Assembly: GCA_048772705.1 (NCBI GenBank)
Contig: JBLWGC010000081.1
Location: 1-64,000, forward strand
Length of the DNA stretch: 64,000 bases
Origin: Leidyana gryllorum EB-2025a
Lineage: Eukaryota > Protista > Apicomplexa
Direction: 5' to 3'
How positions within the stretch are numbered: position 1 is the first letter of the stretch; each line of letters begins with the position of its first letter. The position numbers were made by a program, and so were the translations under genes. The notes beneath the pieces were generated by a model. It ran no database searches. It saw only the letters and a list, made by a program, of their open reading frames with translations, and was not told where the DNA came from. Positions 55,502 through 64,000 of the stretch are shown here, piece by piece.

Positions 55502-55960
55502 GACTAACGGAGCCGTCAGATGGAAGTGTGTAGCGATCAAGAGAGGACATGGGCAGCTACGCCCGATCGTGGGTTTGGACAGACTTCACTTACATCTCCC
55601 ATTCGAGACATCGGGGACATACTATCCAAGCCAGGATTCGGGCCTGGGTATGCACGGCCACAACTTGCTGTTGTAAGCACTCGACCCGGACAATCTTCAA
55701 GTGAGGCTGGTATGTCGGCGTGACCAAGTGAGTGGATCTCTGATACAAATTCGGACTTAGTAACCAATTCCATTTGTATTGATCGTGGAATCCTGTGCCT
55801 TCCTCGGGTACGGGGCGAGCTTCCTTGCCGCCCCAACTCCGTCGGTAGAGCGCAAGACTTTTGAAGGGAGAACCGCGGGTTCGGGCGGCGCGAGCAGTCC
55901 TAGTAAAGCTCGCTGAATCGTATGTGAAGCCACTGGCCGCAAAATGCCAAGTTCGACAGC

Positions 55961-56042
55961 GGCAACTTGCCCGAGTGGTTAAGGGGGTAGACTAGAAATC
56001 TACTGGGCCTGGCCCGCGCTGGTTCAAATCCAGCAGTTGTCG
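55961..56042 (+). tRNA. trnS: tRNA-Ser(AGA)
   Basis: Consensus. Confidence 0.92.
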
Positions 56043-56129
56043 TGTGCTGCGATCATCGGAGTAGGCGGCTGGGCTGTGGCGACGCAGAGGCATCAAGTAA
56101 GTGAATCGGTGCCATCTGTCGTCGGAGGC

Positions 56130-56203
56130 GGTCGCGTAGCTCAGTCGGTTAGAGCGTGAGCCTAATAAGCTCAAGGTCCCCGGTTCGAGCCCGGGCGTGA
56201 CCA
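56130..56203 (+). tRNA. trnI: tRNA-Ile(AAT)
   Basis: Consensus. Confidence 0.93.
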
Positions 56204-56449
56204 AGGCAGTGGATCTGTGATACAGAGTTGCCCTCGACCCGAAGAAGCCCCAACATTCTACGACGAATACGCATGGAATCTGTTACTAAGTTCGACAGTT
56301 GCCAACTTGCCCGAGTGGGGAAGGGGAGATCTACAGGGCCTGGGCCGGGCTGGTGCAGATCCAGCAGTTGTCGTGCGATGTGATCGGAGGGGTCAGACAC
56401 CAACTCAAGCGTGAATCCGTGGAATGGTGGGAAAAGCAACTGTGTCTTC

Positions 56450-56520
56450 TGCATCTGCCGGGAATCGAACCCGGGTCGTCTCGATGGCAACGAGACATTC
56501 TACCACTAGACCACAGATGC
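56450..56520 (-). tRNA. trnG: tRNA-Gly(GCC)
   Basis: Consensus. Confidence 0.93.
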
Positions 56521-56640
56521 ATAATATCTTGTTGAGCTAGTCGCCCGCTGTGCAGACCTCATAGCATTCCGTGGTTTTCGCCCCTCATCAGATACCTGTT
56601 TCCAGAGACACACGCCCCTTTCTCAGTCCGAAAGCTCCGC

Positions 56641-56713
56641 GCAGCCATGGTCTAGTGGTTACGACGTCTGCTTCACACGCAGAAGGTCCCGAGTTCGATC
56701 CTCGGTGGCTGTA
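56641..56713 (+). tRNA. trnV: tRNA-Val(CAC)
   Basis: Consensus. Confidence 0.92.
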
Positions 56714-56931
56714 GCTCGAAACTTTATCTGAGCACCACGAAATCTGAAGCGGAAAAACGAACTGTGCTCCGAGACCTGGAATCGACCCTGGTCTTCCGCG
56801 TGATAGGCGGAAATCCTAACCGCTATACTATCTCGGACGCTGTGGATACGCCGGCCTCCAACCCCAGAAGTTCTTCCATTTTGAGATTCCACGGATAGAA
56901 AACGCGTGGGGCGGCGAGCCAACAACATTTC

Positions 56932-57011
56932 GGCAAGATGGCCGAGTGGTCCAAGGCGCTGTGTTCAGGCCGCAGTCCGAAAGGGCGTGGGTTCGAATCC
57001 CACTCTTGTCA
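56932..57011 (+). tRNA. trnL: tRNA-Leu(CAG)
   Basis: Consensus. Confidence 0.9.
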
Positions 57012-57143
57012 GGCGTTGTAGTCAGGACAACCTGCGACTTCATCCCAGCATGCCCCCACGATGCGCGCGGGACAGCCCGCCGTGCACGTGGCACCCGGCT
57101 AACTTTTGTCGATACAACTGCCACATGATTCTCCAGCTAAGTT

Positions 57144-57215
57144 GCCTTCTTAGCTTAGGGGCAGAGCGTTCGCTTCGTAAGCGAGAAGTCGCCGGTTCGA
57201 TTCCGGCAGAAGGCT
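57144..57215 (+). tRNA. trnT: tRNA-Thr(CGT)
   Basis: Cloverleaf. Confidence 0.88.
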
Positions 57216-57393
57216 TTGATGCATCGATAAGCTTATGAGGAATGGCTGTCGCCACGTACAAGATTCACAAGATCGTGTTCTGCATCTGTGGTCTAGTGGA
57301 AGAGTCGCTCGCTGCCATCGAGATAACCTGTGTGCGATTCCCGACTGCAAAATGGTAGCATGATGAGTTTGTCGGCGGTTTCGATTCTGACCG

Positions 57394-57466
57394 TGGGAGT
57401 GGAGAGGATCGAACTCTCGACTTCAGGATTACGAGACCTACGCGCTACCGACTGCGCTACGCTCCC
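57394..57466 (-). tRNA. Elongator-Met-body tRNA with CGT anticodon
   Basis: Met body, loop CT-CGT-AA. Confidence 0.7.
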
Positions 57467-57702
57467 CCTCCGACTTTCTCCGAGGAATCACCTGAACCCA
57501 GAACCATGCTGCCAGGCATGTTGGGTCAAGATACAACAAAGCGGGCTGTTCTGGGAATGGAACCTAGGACTTCTTCCACCCGACGGAGGTAGCATACCAC
57601 TACACCAAACAGCCGCCTGTCGTTCGTGCAACCCGCTGAAGACAGTTTAAAAAGTGGTCATCCTATGTTGAGAACCAACAAATGCGATGGGGTCTGCACC
57701 AC

Positions 57703-57775
57703 GGGCGACTAGCTCAAATGGTAGAGCGCTCGCTTCGCATGCGAGAGGTACTGGGATCGATACCCAGGTCGTCCA
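57703..57775 (+). tRNA. trnA: tRNA-Ala(CGC)
   Basis: Intact cloverleaf. Confidence 0.9.
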
Positions 57776-57890
57776 AAGTACGTACAGCTGCACGTGGCGG
57801 GATCCAAACAAACTTCCATCTTTGAAGGGTCGCAGACCACAAGTGCCATTGGCACACCAGCGCACTCAGTGTTTAGTGTGCCTCTGAAAC

Positions 57891-57963
57891 CGGTCCTGGC
57901 AGGTTTCGAACCTGCGACTTTGTGGTTAACAGCCACACGCTCTGCCGACTGAGCTACAAGACC
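57891..57963 (-). tRNA. trnN: tRNA-Asn(GTT)
   Basis: Consensus. Confidence 0.92.
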
Positions 57964-58080
57964 CAGCTACAATGGTTCAGAGGTTAGTATAGAGATCCTC
58001 CTTTTTCTACAACAGGATTCTGCAACCACGTCTTGTCAAGAGGGTACGGCTCTCGGCTAAAGCTGCAGCTGAGGAAGTTG

Positions 58081-58153
58081 TCCACTGTAGTCTAAGTGGC
58101 TAGGATATGCGGCTCTCACCCGCACGATCCGGGTTCAAGTCCCGGCAGTGGAA
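58081..58153 (+). tRNA. trnE: tRNA-Glu(CTC)
   Basis: Consensus. Confidence 0.92.
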
Positions 58154-58202
58154 ATCCAGCAGAGTGTGGTTGTAGGTAACGGCTTCCAGAGACATTGATT
58201 TG

Positions 58203-58275
58203 CACCGCCCGCGGGGCTCGAACCCGCGACTGCAAGATTAAGAGTCTTGCGCTCTACCGACTGAGCTAGGGCGGC
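58203..58275 (-). tRNA. trnK: tRNA-Lys(CTT)
   Basis: Consensus. Confidence 0.92.
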
Positions 58276-58543
58276 GGGAATGCAAGGACACAAAATTCGA
58301 TGGCCCGACATCTTAAGTGGCTTTGGTACCCACCAGCCTCTTGAAGATTGTCCGGGTCGTCTAGGTGCTTTCAACAGCAAGTTGTGGCCGTGCATACCCA
58401 GGCCCGAATCCTGGCTTGGATAGTATGTCCCCGATGTCTCGAATGGGAGATGTGGGTGAAGTATGTCCACACCCACCATCGGGCGTAGCTGCCCATCTCC
58501 TGTCTTTATCGCTACACACTCCCATTTGACGGCTCCGCTAGTC

Positions 58544-58616
58544 GGCGCTATGGCCTAATGGATATGGCATCGGTCTACGGAACCGGGGATTCTGGGTTCG
58601 AGTCCCAGTAGCGTCT
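58544..58616 (+). tRNA. trnR: tRNA-Arg(ACG)
   Basis: Consensus. Confidence 0.92.
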
Positions 58617-58662
58617 GAGTGGATGGCCGGGTTGCAGCCTGTTGAGTCAACAACTATCAGAC

Positions 58663-58734
58663 GGGCTGTTCTGGGAATCGAACCCAGGACTCCTTCCACC
58701 CTAAGGAAAGATCATACCACTAGACCAAACAGCC
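58663..58734 (-). tRNA. trnP: tRNA-Pro(AGG)
   Basis: Pro body. Confidence 0.86.
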
Positions 58735-58822
58735 GCCTGTCGGTCGTGCAAACCGCTGAGTACAGTTGAGAGGGTGGTTATACTATGTTGAGAACCAACA
58801 CATGCGATGGGGTCTGCGCAAC

Positions 58823-58895
58823 GGGCGACTAGCTCAGATGGTAGAGCGCTCGCTTTGCATCCGAGAGGTACTGGGATCGATACCCAGGTTGTCCA
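58823..58895 (+). tRNA. trnA: tRNA-Ala(TGC), diverged
   Basis: Ala body. Confidence 0.75.
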
Positions 58896-59075
58896 AACTC
58901 AGTAGGCCGGCACCTGCCGGTGGTAAGATACAGAGTTGCGACCTCTAAGGAAGGAGTAGCCGAAATGCAATTCTCGAGATGTTAGTTGCCCTGACTGCCC
59001 TACCAAAGTGGGCTAATGAAATGCTGTGTTGGTTCTGAGGGCAACTTGTCCCGTCGGGTTAACCGACGACCAAGA

Positions 59076-59147
59076 GGGCTGTTCTAGGAATCGAACCCAG
59101 GACTTCTTCCACCCAAAGGAAGAATCATACCACTAGACCAAACAGCC
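59076..59147 (-). tRNA. trnP: tRNA-Pro(TGG)
   Basis: Pro body. Confidence 0.86.
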
Positions 59148-59405
59148 GAATGGGAAGGGGGATACAACCGGCTACGTACAGCCGTAAACTCGAAGTGTGG
59201 CTAATTCGTCCTGAAATGAGTACCGTTGCGCAGAATGGGACCCGCACCCATGCAGACTTGCGCCTACCAGTATGTGGCAAGATGCCTTAGTGGGTAAGGC
59301 GCTATTTTCAGACCCCACTCACATGGTCGTGAGTATCTTTCTCCCACCTTGAAAGGGCACTGGCTACCCGCAGAAACCCCAGACTACTTATTTCGACGCT
59401 GCATT

Positions 59406-59486
59406 GCGAGAATGTCCGAGAGGTTAAGGGGGTGGCCTTAAGATCCACTGGTCAATTCCGCCTGGGTTCGAACCCCACTTCTCGCA
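59406..59486 (+). tRNA. trnL: tRNA-Leu(TAA)
   Basis: Inverted paralog of 4139-4219. Confidence 0.75.
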
Positions 59487-60262
59487 TAAGGAGGCAAGTG
59501 TCGGGGGAGGGGAATGGAACGGTCCACTACCTGCCGCACCCGCCGCAGTCAGATGCTGTACCAAGTGAGCGAACGCCTGTCGTGTGACCCTTTGACATCG
59601 AGGTTTGCTCCCGAACCGCACCTTTTGAGTGAGCACCAAACGAAGTCTAAAGCGGAACGAGCTGTGCTGTAAGACGGGCAGTCGAACCCAGGTCTTCCGC
59701 GTGACGCGCGAAAATACTAAGGGCTCCGGTCGACCTGCCCAATGACTTGCATGACTCCACCCTGAGGCAAATAGAGTGTAACTTAGTTCAGAGTTTCCTT
59801 GTCATCCTAGCTCAGTCGGTGGAGCGCGAGCCTCTTAATCTTGCAGTCGCAGAGTGAAGTCCCGTGGGCGGTGCGGACGAGTGGGCCGGGGAGTAAGAAT
59901 GCAGTATGTTGCCTACAAGCACACCCATCTGCATTTGCGCTGCCGAGACTCGAACCGGGATGGTGCGGGTTGGCGCCACATATACTAGCCACCGAGACCA
60001 TAGTGGACACGTCACCAAAGTTGCACTGACGAATGGGGGCAGAAAAGGCCTGAGAATTTTGCAACCCCCTCAGGTCGTTATCGAGACCGAGAGACCAGCC
60101 CGAAAAGCTTAAGCTTGTGAGCAAAACCTTCTGCCGGAATCGAACCGGCGACCTTTCGCTTAAGCGAATGCTCTGCCCCTAAGCTAAGAAGGCAATGCAA
60201 GCCGGGAATCACGCATCAGTCCCTATTGACACAAGAGCACTTTGATCGAGTACTCTAATGAC

Positions 60263-60335
60263 TTCCACTGCCGGGACTTGAATCCGGATCGTGCGGGTAA
60301 AAGCCGCATATCCTAGCCACTTAGACTACAGTGGA
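60263..60335 (-). tRNA. Glu-body tRNA with TTT anticodon
   Basis: Glu body, loop CT-TTT-AC. Confidence 0.7.
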
Positions 60336-60552
60336 CGAGTCACAACAGTTCCACTGACGAATGAGGCCCAGAGAACTGTGAGTCGGTCTCAGATTGGAAG
60401 TTCACCTAGGTTTGGCGGGTGGGCGCCTATCTCAAGTGGTAGAGCGGTGACTTGGCAGGCGAGAGGTCAGTTTAGACACCTATCAATGCCGCAGGACAGG
60501 CTGAACATGGGGGCATTTGGTCACTCCTCGCGGCATGTCGAATTCGACAGTT

Positions 60553-60634
60553 GGCAACTTGCCCGAGTGGTTAAGGGGGTAGACTTGAAATCTACTGGGC
60601 CCGGCCCGCGCTGGTTCAAATCCAGCAGTTGTCG
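60553..60634 (+). tRNA. trnS: tRNA-Ser(TGA)
   Basis: Consensus. Confidence 0.9.
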
Positions 60635-61051
60635 TGCGATCTGATTGGAGGGGCAGACAACAACTCACTCGTGAAACCCCAGAATGGTGCCTCAATCAGC
60701 CATCTGCCATCTTCTCTGCGTCTGCCGGGAATCGAACCTGGGTCGTCTCGGTGGCAACGACACAGTCTACCACTAAACCACAGATGCGTGACATCTCCAT
60801 TCCTGAATACAAACCGAAGGGTCTTAAAACTAGTCCAGGCTGTCCAACTTAGGCCGATACATAAAAACCAGGCTCATCGGATACGTGGTTCCAGAGACAC
60901 ACGCACCTTTCGCAGTCCGGAAGCTCCGTGCAGCCATCTAGTGGTCACGACGTCTGTTTAACACGCAGAAGGTCCCGAGTTCCATCCTCGGTGGCTGTAA
61001 CACGCATCGTTCAGGTGAGCATCACGAAATCTAGAGCGGAAGACGATCTAT

Positions 61052-61123
61052 CTCCGACACCGGGAATCGAACCCGGGTATTCCGCGTGACAGGCGGAAAT
61101 ACTCACCACTATACTATCTCGGA
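61052..61123 (-). tRNA. trnD: tRNA-Asp(GTC)
   Basis: Asp body. Confidence 0.8.
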
Positions 61124-61286
61124 CGCTAGTAAAGATGCCGGCCTCCAAACCCCAGAAGTCCTCGCATTTTGAGATTTCACGGACAGGAAACGGGTAACAC
61201 TTCGGCAAAATGGCCGAGTGCTGTGTGCAAGCCGCCGTCCGAAAATGCGTGCGGATGATCGCAACCATGTTTAGGCTAATGACTGA

Positions 61287-61358
61287 AGCCTCCCGCCGGA
61301 ATCGAACCAGCGACCTTTCGCTTAGAAAGCGAATGCTCTGCCCCTAAGCTAAGGAGGC
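61287..61358 (-). tRNA. Thr(TGT)-body tRNA with TCT anticodon
   Basis: Sister of 51539-51610. Confidence 0.7.
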
Positions 61359-61422
61359 ATTCCCTGTCTCGACCCATATGAGTTTTTGATGCTGGGAATT
61401 GCATCATTTCCACCACATCGCA

Positions 61423-61504
61423 CGACAACTGCTGGATTTGAACCAGCGCGGGCCAGGCCCAGTAGATTTCGAGTCTACCCCCTTAACCACTCGGGCAAGT
61501 TGCC
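61423..61504 (-). tRNA. trnS: tRNA-Ser(CGA)
   Basis: Consensus. Confidence 0.92.
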
Positions 61505-61613
61505 ACCTGTCGAACTCGGCATTTTGCGGCCAGTGATGTCACATACGGTTCAGCAAGCTTGACCAGGACCCCAAACCGTTGTGAAAAAGTGCCAGCGAGT
61601 AAGACATGTCGTC

Positions 61614-61695
61614 GGCAAGGTGGCCGAGTGGTTAAGCCGGCGGCCTGCTAAGCCGTTGGGTTCTACCCGCGTGAGTTCGAATCTCACCCTTGTCG
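61614..61695 (+). tRNA. trnS: tRNA-Ser(GCT)
   Basis: Best GCT copy, long variable arm. Confidence 0.87.
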
Positions 61696-61986
61696 GTAGC
61701 ATTCGGGGAGAGCGCATCTGCTTCAATGATTGAACTGAGGATTTTGGCCGACTCGAATCCAACGCTTTACGCTGGGGTCTGTATACAAGACCCGTGTTGC
61801 ATGTGTCCAGTTGAGGAAGCGCTAGTCCGACTCTTCTGGGATGGGCTGAACCGGTTGCGTCCTTGGTGGTTAGCACTCGACACTTTGGATTTTCCGACCT
61901 GGGTTCGATATCGGCGCGACCCTTGAACTGGTCCTCACTACTCCCTGAAGCTTCGCCACTTCTCTTGGGCTGCGGGGACCATCCAT

Positions 61987-62059
61987 GCAGCCATGGTCTA
62001 GTGGTTACGACGTCTGCTTAACACGCAGAAGGTCCCGAGTTCGATCCTCGGTGGCTGTA
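61987..62059 (+). tRNA. trnV: tRNA-Val(AAC)
   Basis: Consensus. Confidence 0.92.
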
Positions 62060-62114
62060 GCTCGCAACTTTCAGCGGGCACCAAAAAAGACAATCTTAAG
62101 CGAGATCAACTGTG

Positions 62115-62186
62115 CTCCGAGACCGGGAATCGAACCCGGGTCTTCCGCGTGACAGGCGGAAATACTAACCACTATACTATCTCGGA
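62115..62186 (-). tRNA. trnD: tRNA-Asp(GTC)
   Basis: Consensus. Confidence 0.93.
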
Positions 62187-62266
62187 CGCTCTGAACACGC
62201 CACGGACATTCCATTCGTTCAGAAAACGGCCGTTACCGTGTACGAGCTTCAACAACAAGGTGTCAC

Positions 62267-62337
62267 GCATCTGTGGTCTAGTGGTAGAATGTCTCGTTGC
62301 CATTGAGACGACCCGGGTTCGATTCCCGGCAGATGCA
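62267..62337 (+). tRNA. trnG: tRNA-Gly(GCC)
   Basis: Gly body. Confidence 0.86.
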
Positions 62338-62564
62338 GATGACACATGGTTGCTTTTCCACCATTCAGAAATTCAAGCGTGAGTTGGTGTTTTACCCTCC
62401 AACCACATCGCACGACAACTGCTGGATCTGTCCAGGCCCAGTAGAATTCAAATCTACCCCCCTTCCCCACTCGGGCAAGTTGGCAACTGTCGATTCCGGC
62501 GTGAGGCGAGGAGTGGCCCGCCGCGGTAAGTGCTTATTTTCACCGCCTTCCATGACTACCTACT

Positions 62565-62637
62565 GCCTCGGTAGCTCAGTTGGGAGAGCGCCAGACTGAA
62601 GATCTGGAAGTCGCGGGTTCGAGCCCCGCGGGCGGCA
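62565..62637 (+). pseudogene. Chimeric tRNA: Phe(GAA) 5' / Lys T-arm 3'
   Basis: Phe up to GGAAGTC, then Lys GCGGGTTCGAGCCCCGCGGGCGG. Confidence 0.85.
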
Positions 62638-62694
62638 ACGAAGCTCTGAACTGAGTTACACCCTATTTGCCGTTGGGTGGAGCCCTGGATCCGT

Positions 62695-62782
62695 TCCGGT
62701 GGGACGGAATCGAACCGCCGACTATCTGACTATCTGATGCCAGCACTACAGTCAGATGCTCTACCAACTGAGCTACCCCCGG
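62695..62782 (-). pseudogene. trnY: tRNA-Tyr(GTA) with intron plus 8-nt internal duplication
   Basis: GACTATCT duplicated. Confidence 0.8.
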
Positions 62783-62964
62783 TCGTCCAACTGCTGCGAG
62801 ATTCGAAGGCTCAACCTCAAACCCTCAACAGTGTCAGAAGTACGGCACGGATTTCGGGGTGGTCCAAGGTGCCACACTCGAGTTCCGGTAAGATTGCACG
62901 AGCTGGGTACCACTGATTTCCAAGACGGTACGGCTCTCGGCCGAGGCCTCAACTCAAGCACTTG

Positions 62965-63037
62965 TCCACTGTAGTCTATGTGGGTAGGATATGCGGCTCT
63001 CACCCGCACGATCCGGGTTCAAGTCCCGGCAGTGGAA
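62965..63037 (+). tRNA. trnE: tRNA-Glu(CTC)
   Basis: D-loop changes. Confidence 0.82.
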
Positions 63038-63097
63038 ATCCAGCAGAGTGTGCTTGTAGGCAACGGTTCCACTCCTACTCCCAGAGACATTGATTTG

Positions 63098-63170
63098 CAC
63101 CGCCCGCGGGGCTCGAACCCGCGACTGGAAGATTAAAAGTCTTGCGCTCTACCGACTGAGCTAGGGCGGC
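63098..63170 (-). tRNA. trnK: tRNA-Lys(TTT)
   Basis: Lys body. Confidence 0.85.
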
Positions 63171-63298
63171 AAGGAAACTCTAAACTTAGTTACACCCTAT
63201 TTGCCGGTGGGTGGAGCAGTGGAAGTATTAAGTGGTGGAATAATGTGCTTCAGTAACTTCCGTCAATAGGGACTCATTCGTGATGTCCAGTTGACATT

Positions 63299-63370
63299 GC
63301 CTTCTTAGCTTAGGGGCAGAGCATTCGCTTAGTAAGCGAAAGGTCGCCGGTTCGATTCCGGCAGACGGCT
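63299..63370 (+). tRNA. trnT: tRNA-Thr(AGT)
   Basis: Thr body. Confidence 0.85.
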
Positions 63371-63568
63371 TGACTGCATCGACAGGGCACCTGCAAAGCT
63401 TAAGTCTCTCAAGCTCCAATCATCTTAGCTGAGCCTCGTAGCTCAGCCACCAGATGGTAAGTCTCTTAGCCACAAAGTCGCAGACTGGAACCTGCCAGTA
63501 CCTGAGGCACCCACTAGCTCAACGCAGACTGCGGCCGAGTCTCGGGGTGCTGAAGCTCTTTCTCGAGT

Positions 63569-63639
63569 GCACTTGTGGTCCAAGGGTAGGATGCGAGCTT
63601 CCCACGGTCGAAGGCCGGATTCGAGTCCCGGCATGTGCA
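63569..63639 (+). tRNA. trnG: tRNA-Gly(CCC), degenerate
   Basis: Gly body, loop TT-CCC-AC. Confidence 0.68.
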
Positions 63640-63718
63640 GCCGATCGTACAGACTTGACCATGGCTGCAACGATATTTTCAACATTCCGGGGCGAAGAGC
63701 AATGCACTTTAGACTGCC

Positions 63719-63790
63719 TGTCCGAGCCAGGAATCGAGCCTGGGTTTGCACGGCCACAACGTGCTGTCCTAACCACTAGACGACTCGGAC
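63719..63790 (-). tRNA. trnH: tRNA-His(GTG)
   Basis: Consensus. Confidence 0.88.
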
Positions 63791-64000
63791 AACCTTTGAG
63801 CGAGGCTGTAGAGGTAGCGAAGCATCGATCAGGATGGAATGAAGTTCACTCCTCAACTCCCGGCGGACGGAATTTGCTCGTCGAATATTTGATGCCATCA
63901 CCACAATCACATGCGTTGCCATCTAAGCAACTCGGGCCGTAAGAGTACTCCGGGGCGGTACACTGCACCCAGAACGACATCGACGCCGCAACGGAAGCCA

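Larger units (their letters stand above)
585..64000. repeat. Scrambled multi-isotype tRNA gene/pseudogene supercluster
   Basis: A/B-box-bearing tRNA bodies about every 150-200 bp on both strands, with recurring isotype-specific flanks; continues to window end. Confidence 0.97.

Noticed and set aside
100-63942. All ORFs in the six-frame track
   Set aside because: All under 200 aa; they are translations of tRNA bodies (recurring GIEPG, GSIPG, WVRIP from T loops) or of the LTR, with no recognisable domain
585-64000. CRISPR array
   Set aside because: Repeats are tRNAs of many types on both strands, spacers are themselves repeated, and no cas genes are present
585-64000. Bacterial, phage or giant-virus tRNA array
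   Set aside because: No encoded CCA, eight A34 anticodons, eukaryotic initiator, LTR insertions and heavy pseudogenisation indicate eukaryotic nuclear DNA
585-64000. Pure assembly or amplification artefact
   Set aside because: Copies differ over a wide range of divergence and the same junctions recur in diverged copies; individual junctions still need long-read confirmation
585-64000. 5S rRNA, U6 or other Pol III RNA genes
   Set aside because: No recognisable signature by eye; a cmscan would be needed to exclude them

Overview
The whole 64 kb is a dense, bidirectional array of eukaryotic nuclear-type tRNA genes, tRNA pseudogenes and tRNA fragments, with no credible protein-coding gene. I counted about 65 tRNA-like units by eye in the first 10 kb, so roughly 350-400 by extrapolation. 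Eukaryotic signatures: no encoded CCA, all eight A34 anticodons, an initiator Met with A1-U72 and a GATCGAAAC T-loop, and a Tyr intron at 37/38. All 20 amino acids are covered, with 44 of the 45 standard eukaryotic anticodons plus iMet; Val-TAC appears only as a probable mutant copy. It is not a tandem repeat of one unit. It is a scrambled mosaic of 0.3-3 kb blocks re-copied in direct and inverted orientation and joined inside tRNA genes or at short microhomologies, giving chimeric tRNAs, anticodon-switched copies and amplified dead copies. The only foreign DNA is two copies of a ~600-bp LTR: a solo LTR with a 5-bp TSD at 14045-14646, and one splitting a tRNA-Ser at 1-584. Other points: a 7-nt tRNA-Tyr intron, a decayed Gln-body CTA copy, and few oligo-T terminators. 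The features list the clearest copies, read by eye; coordinates may be off by 1-2 nt and many fragments are not listed individually.
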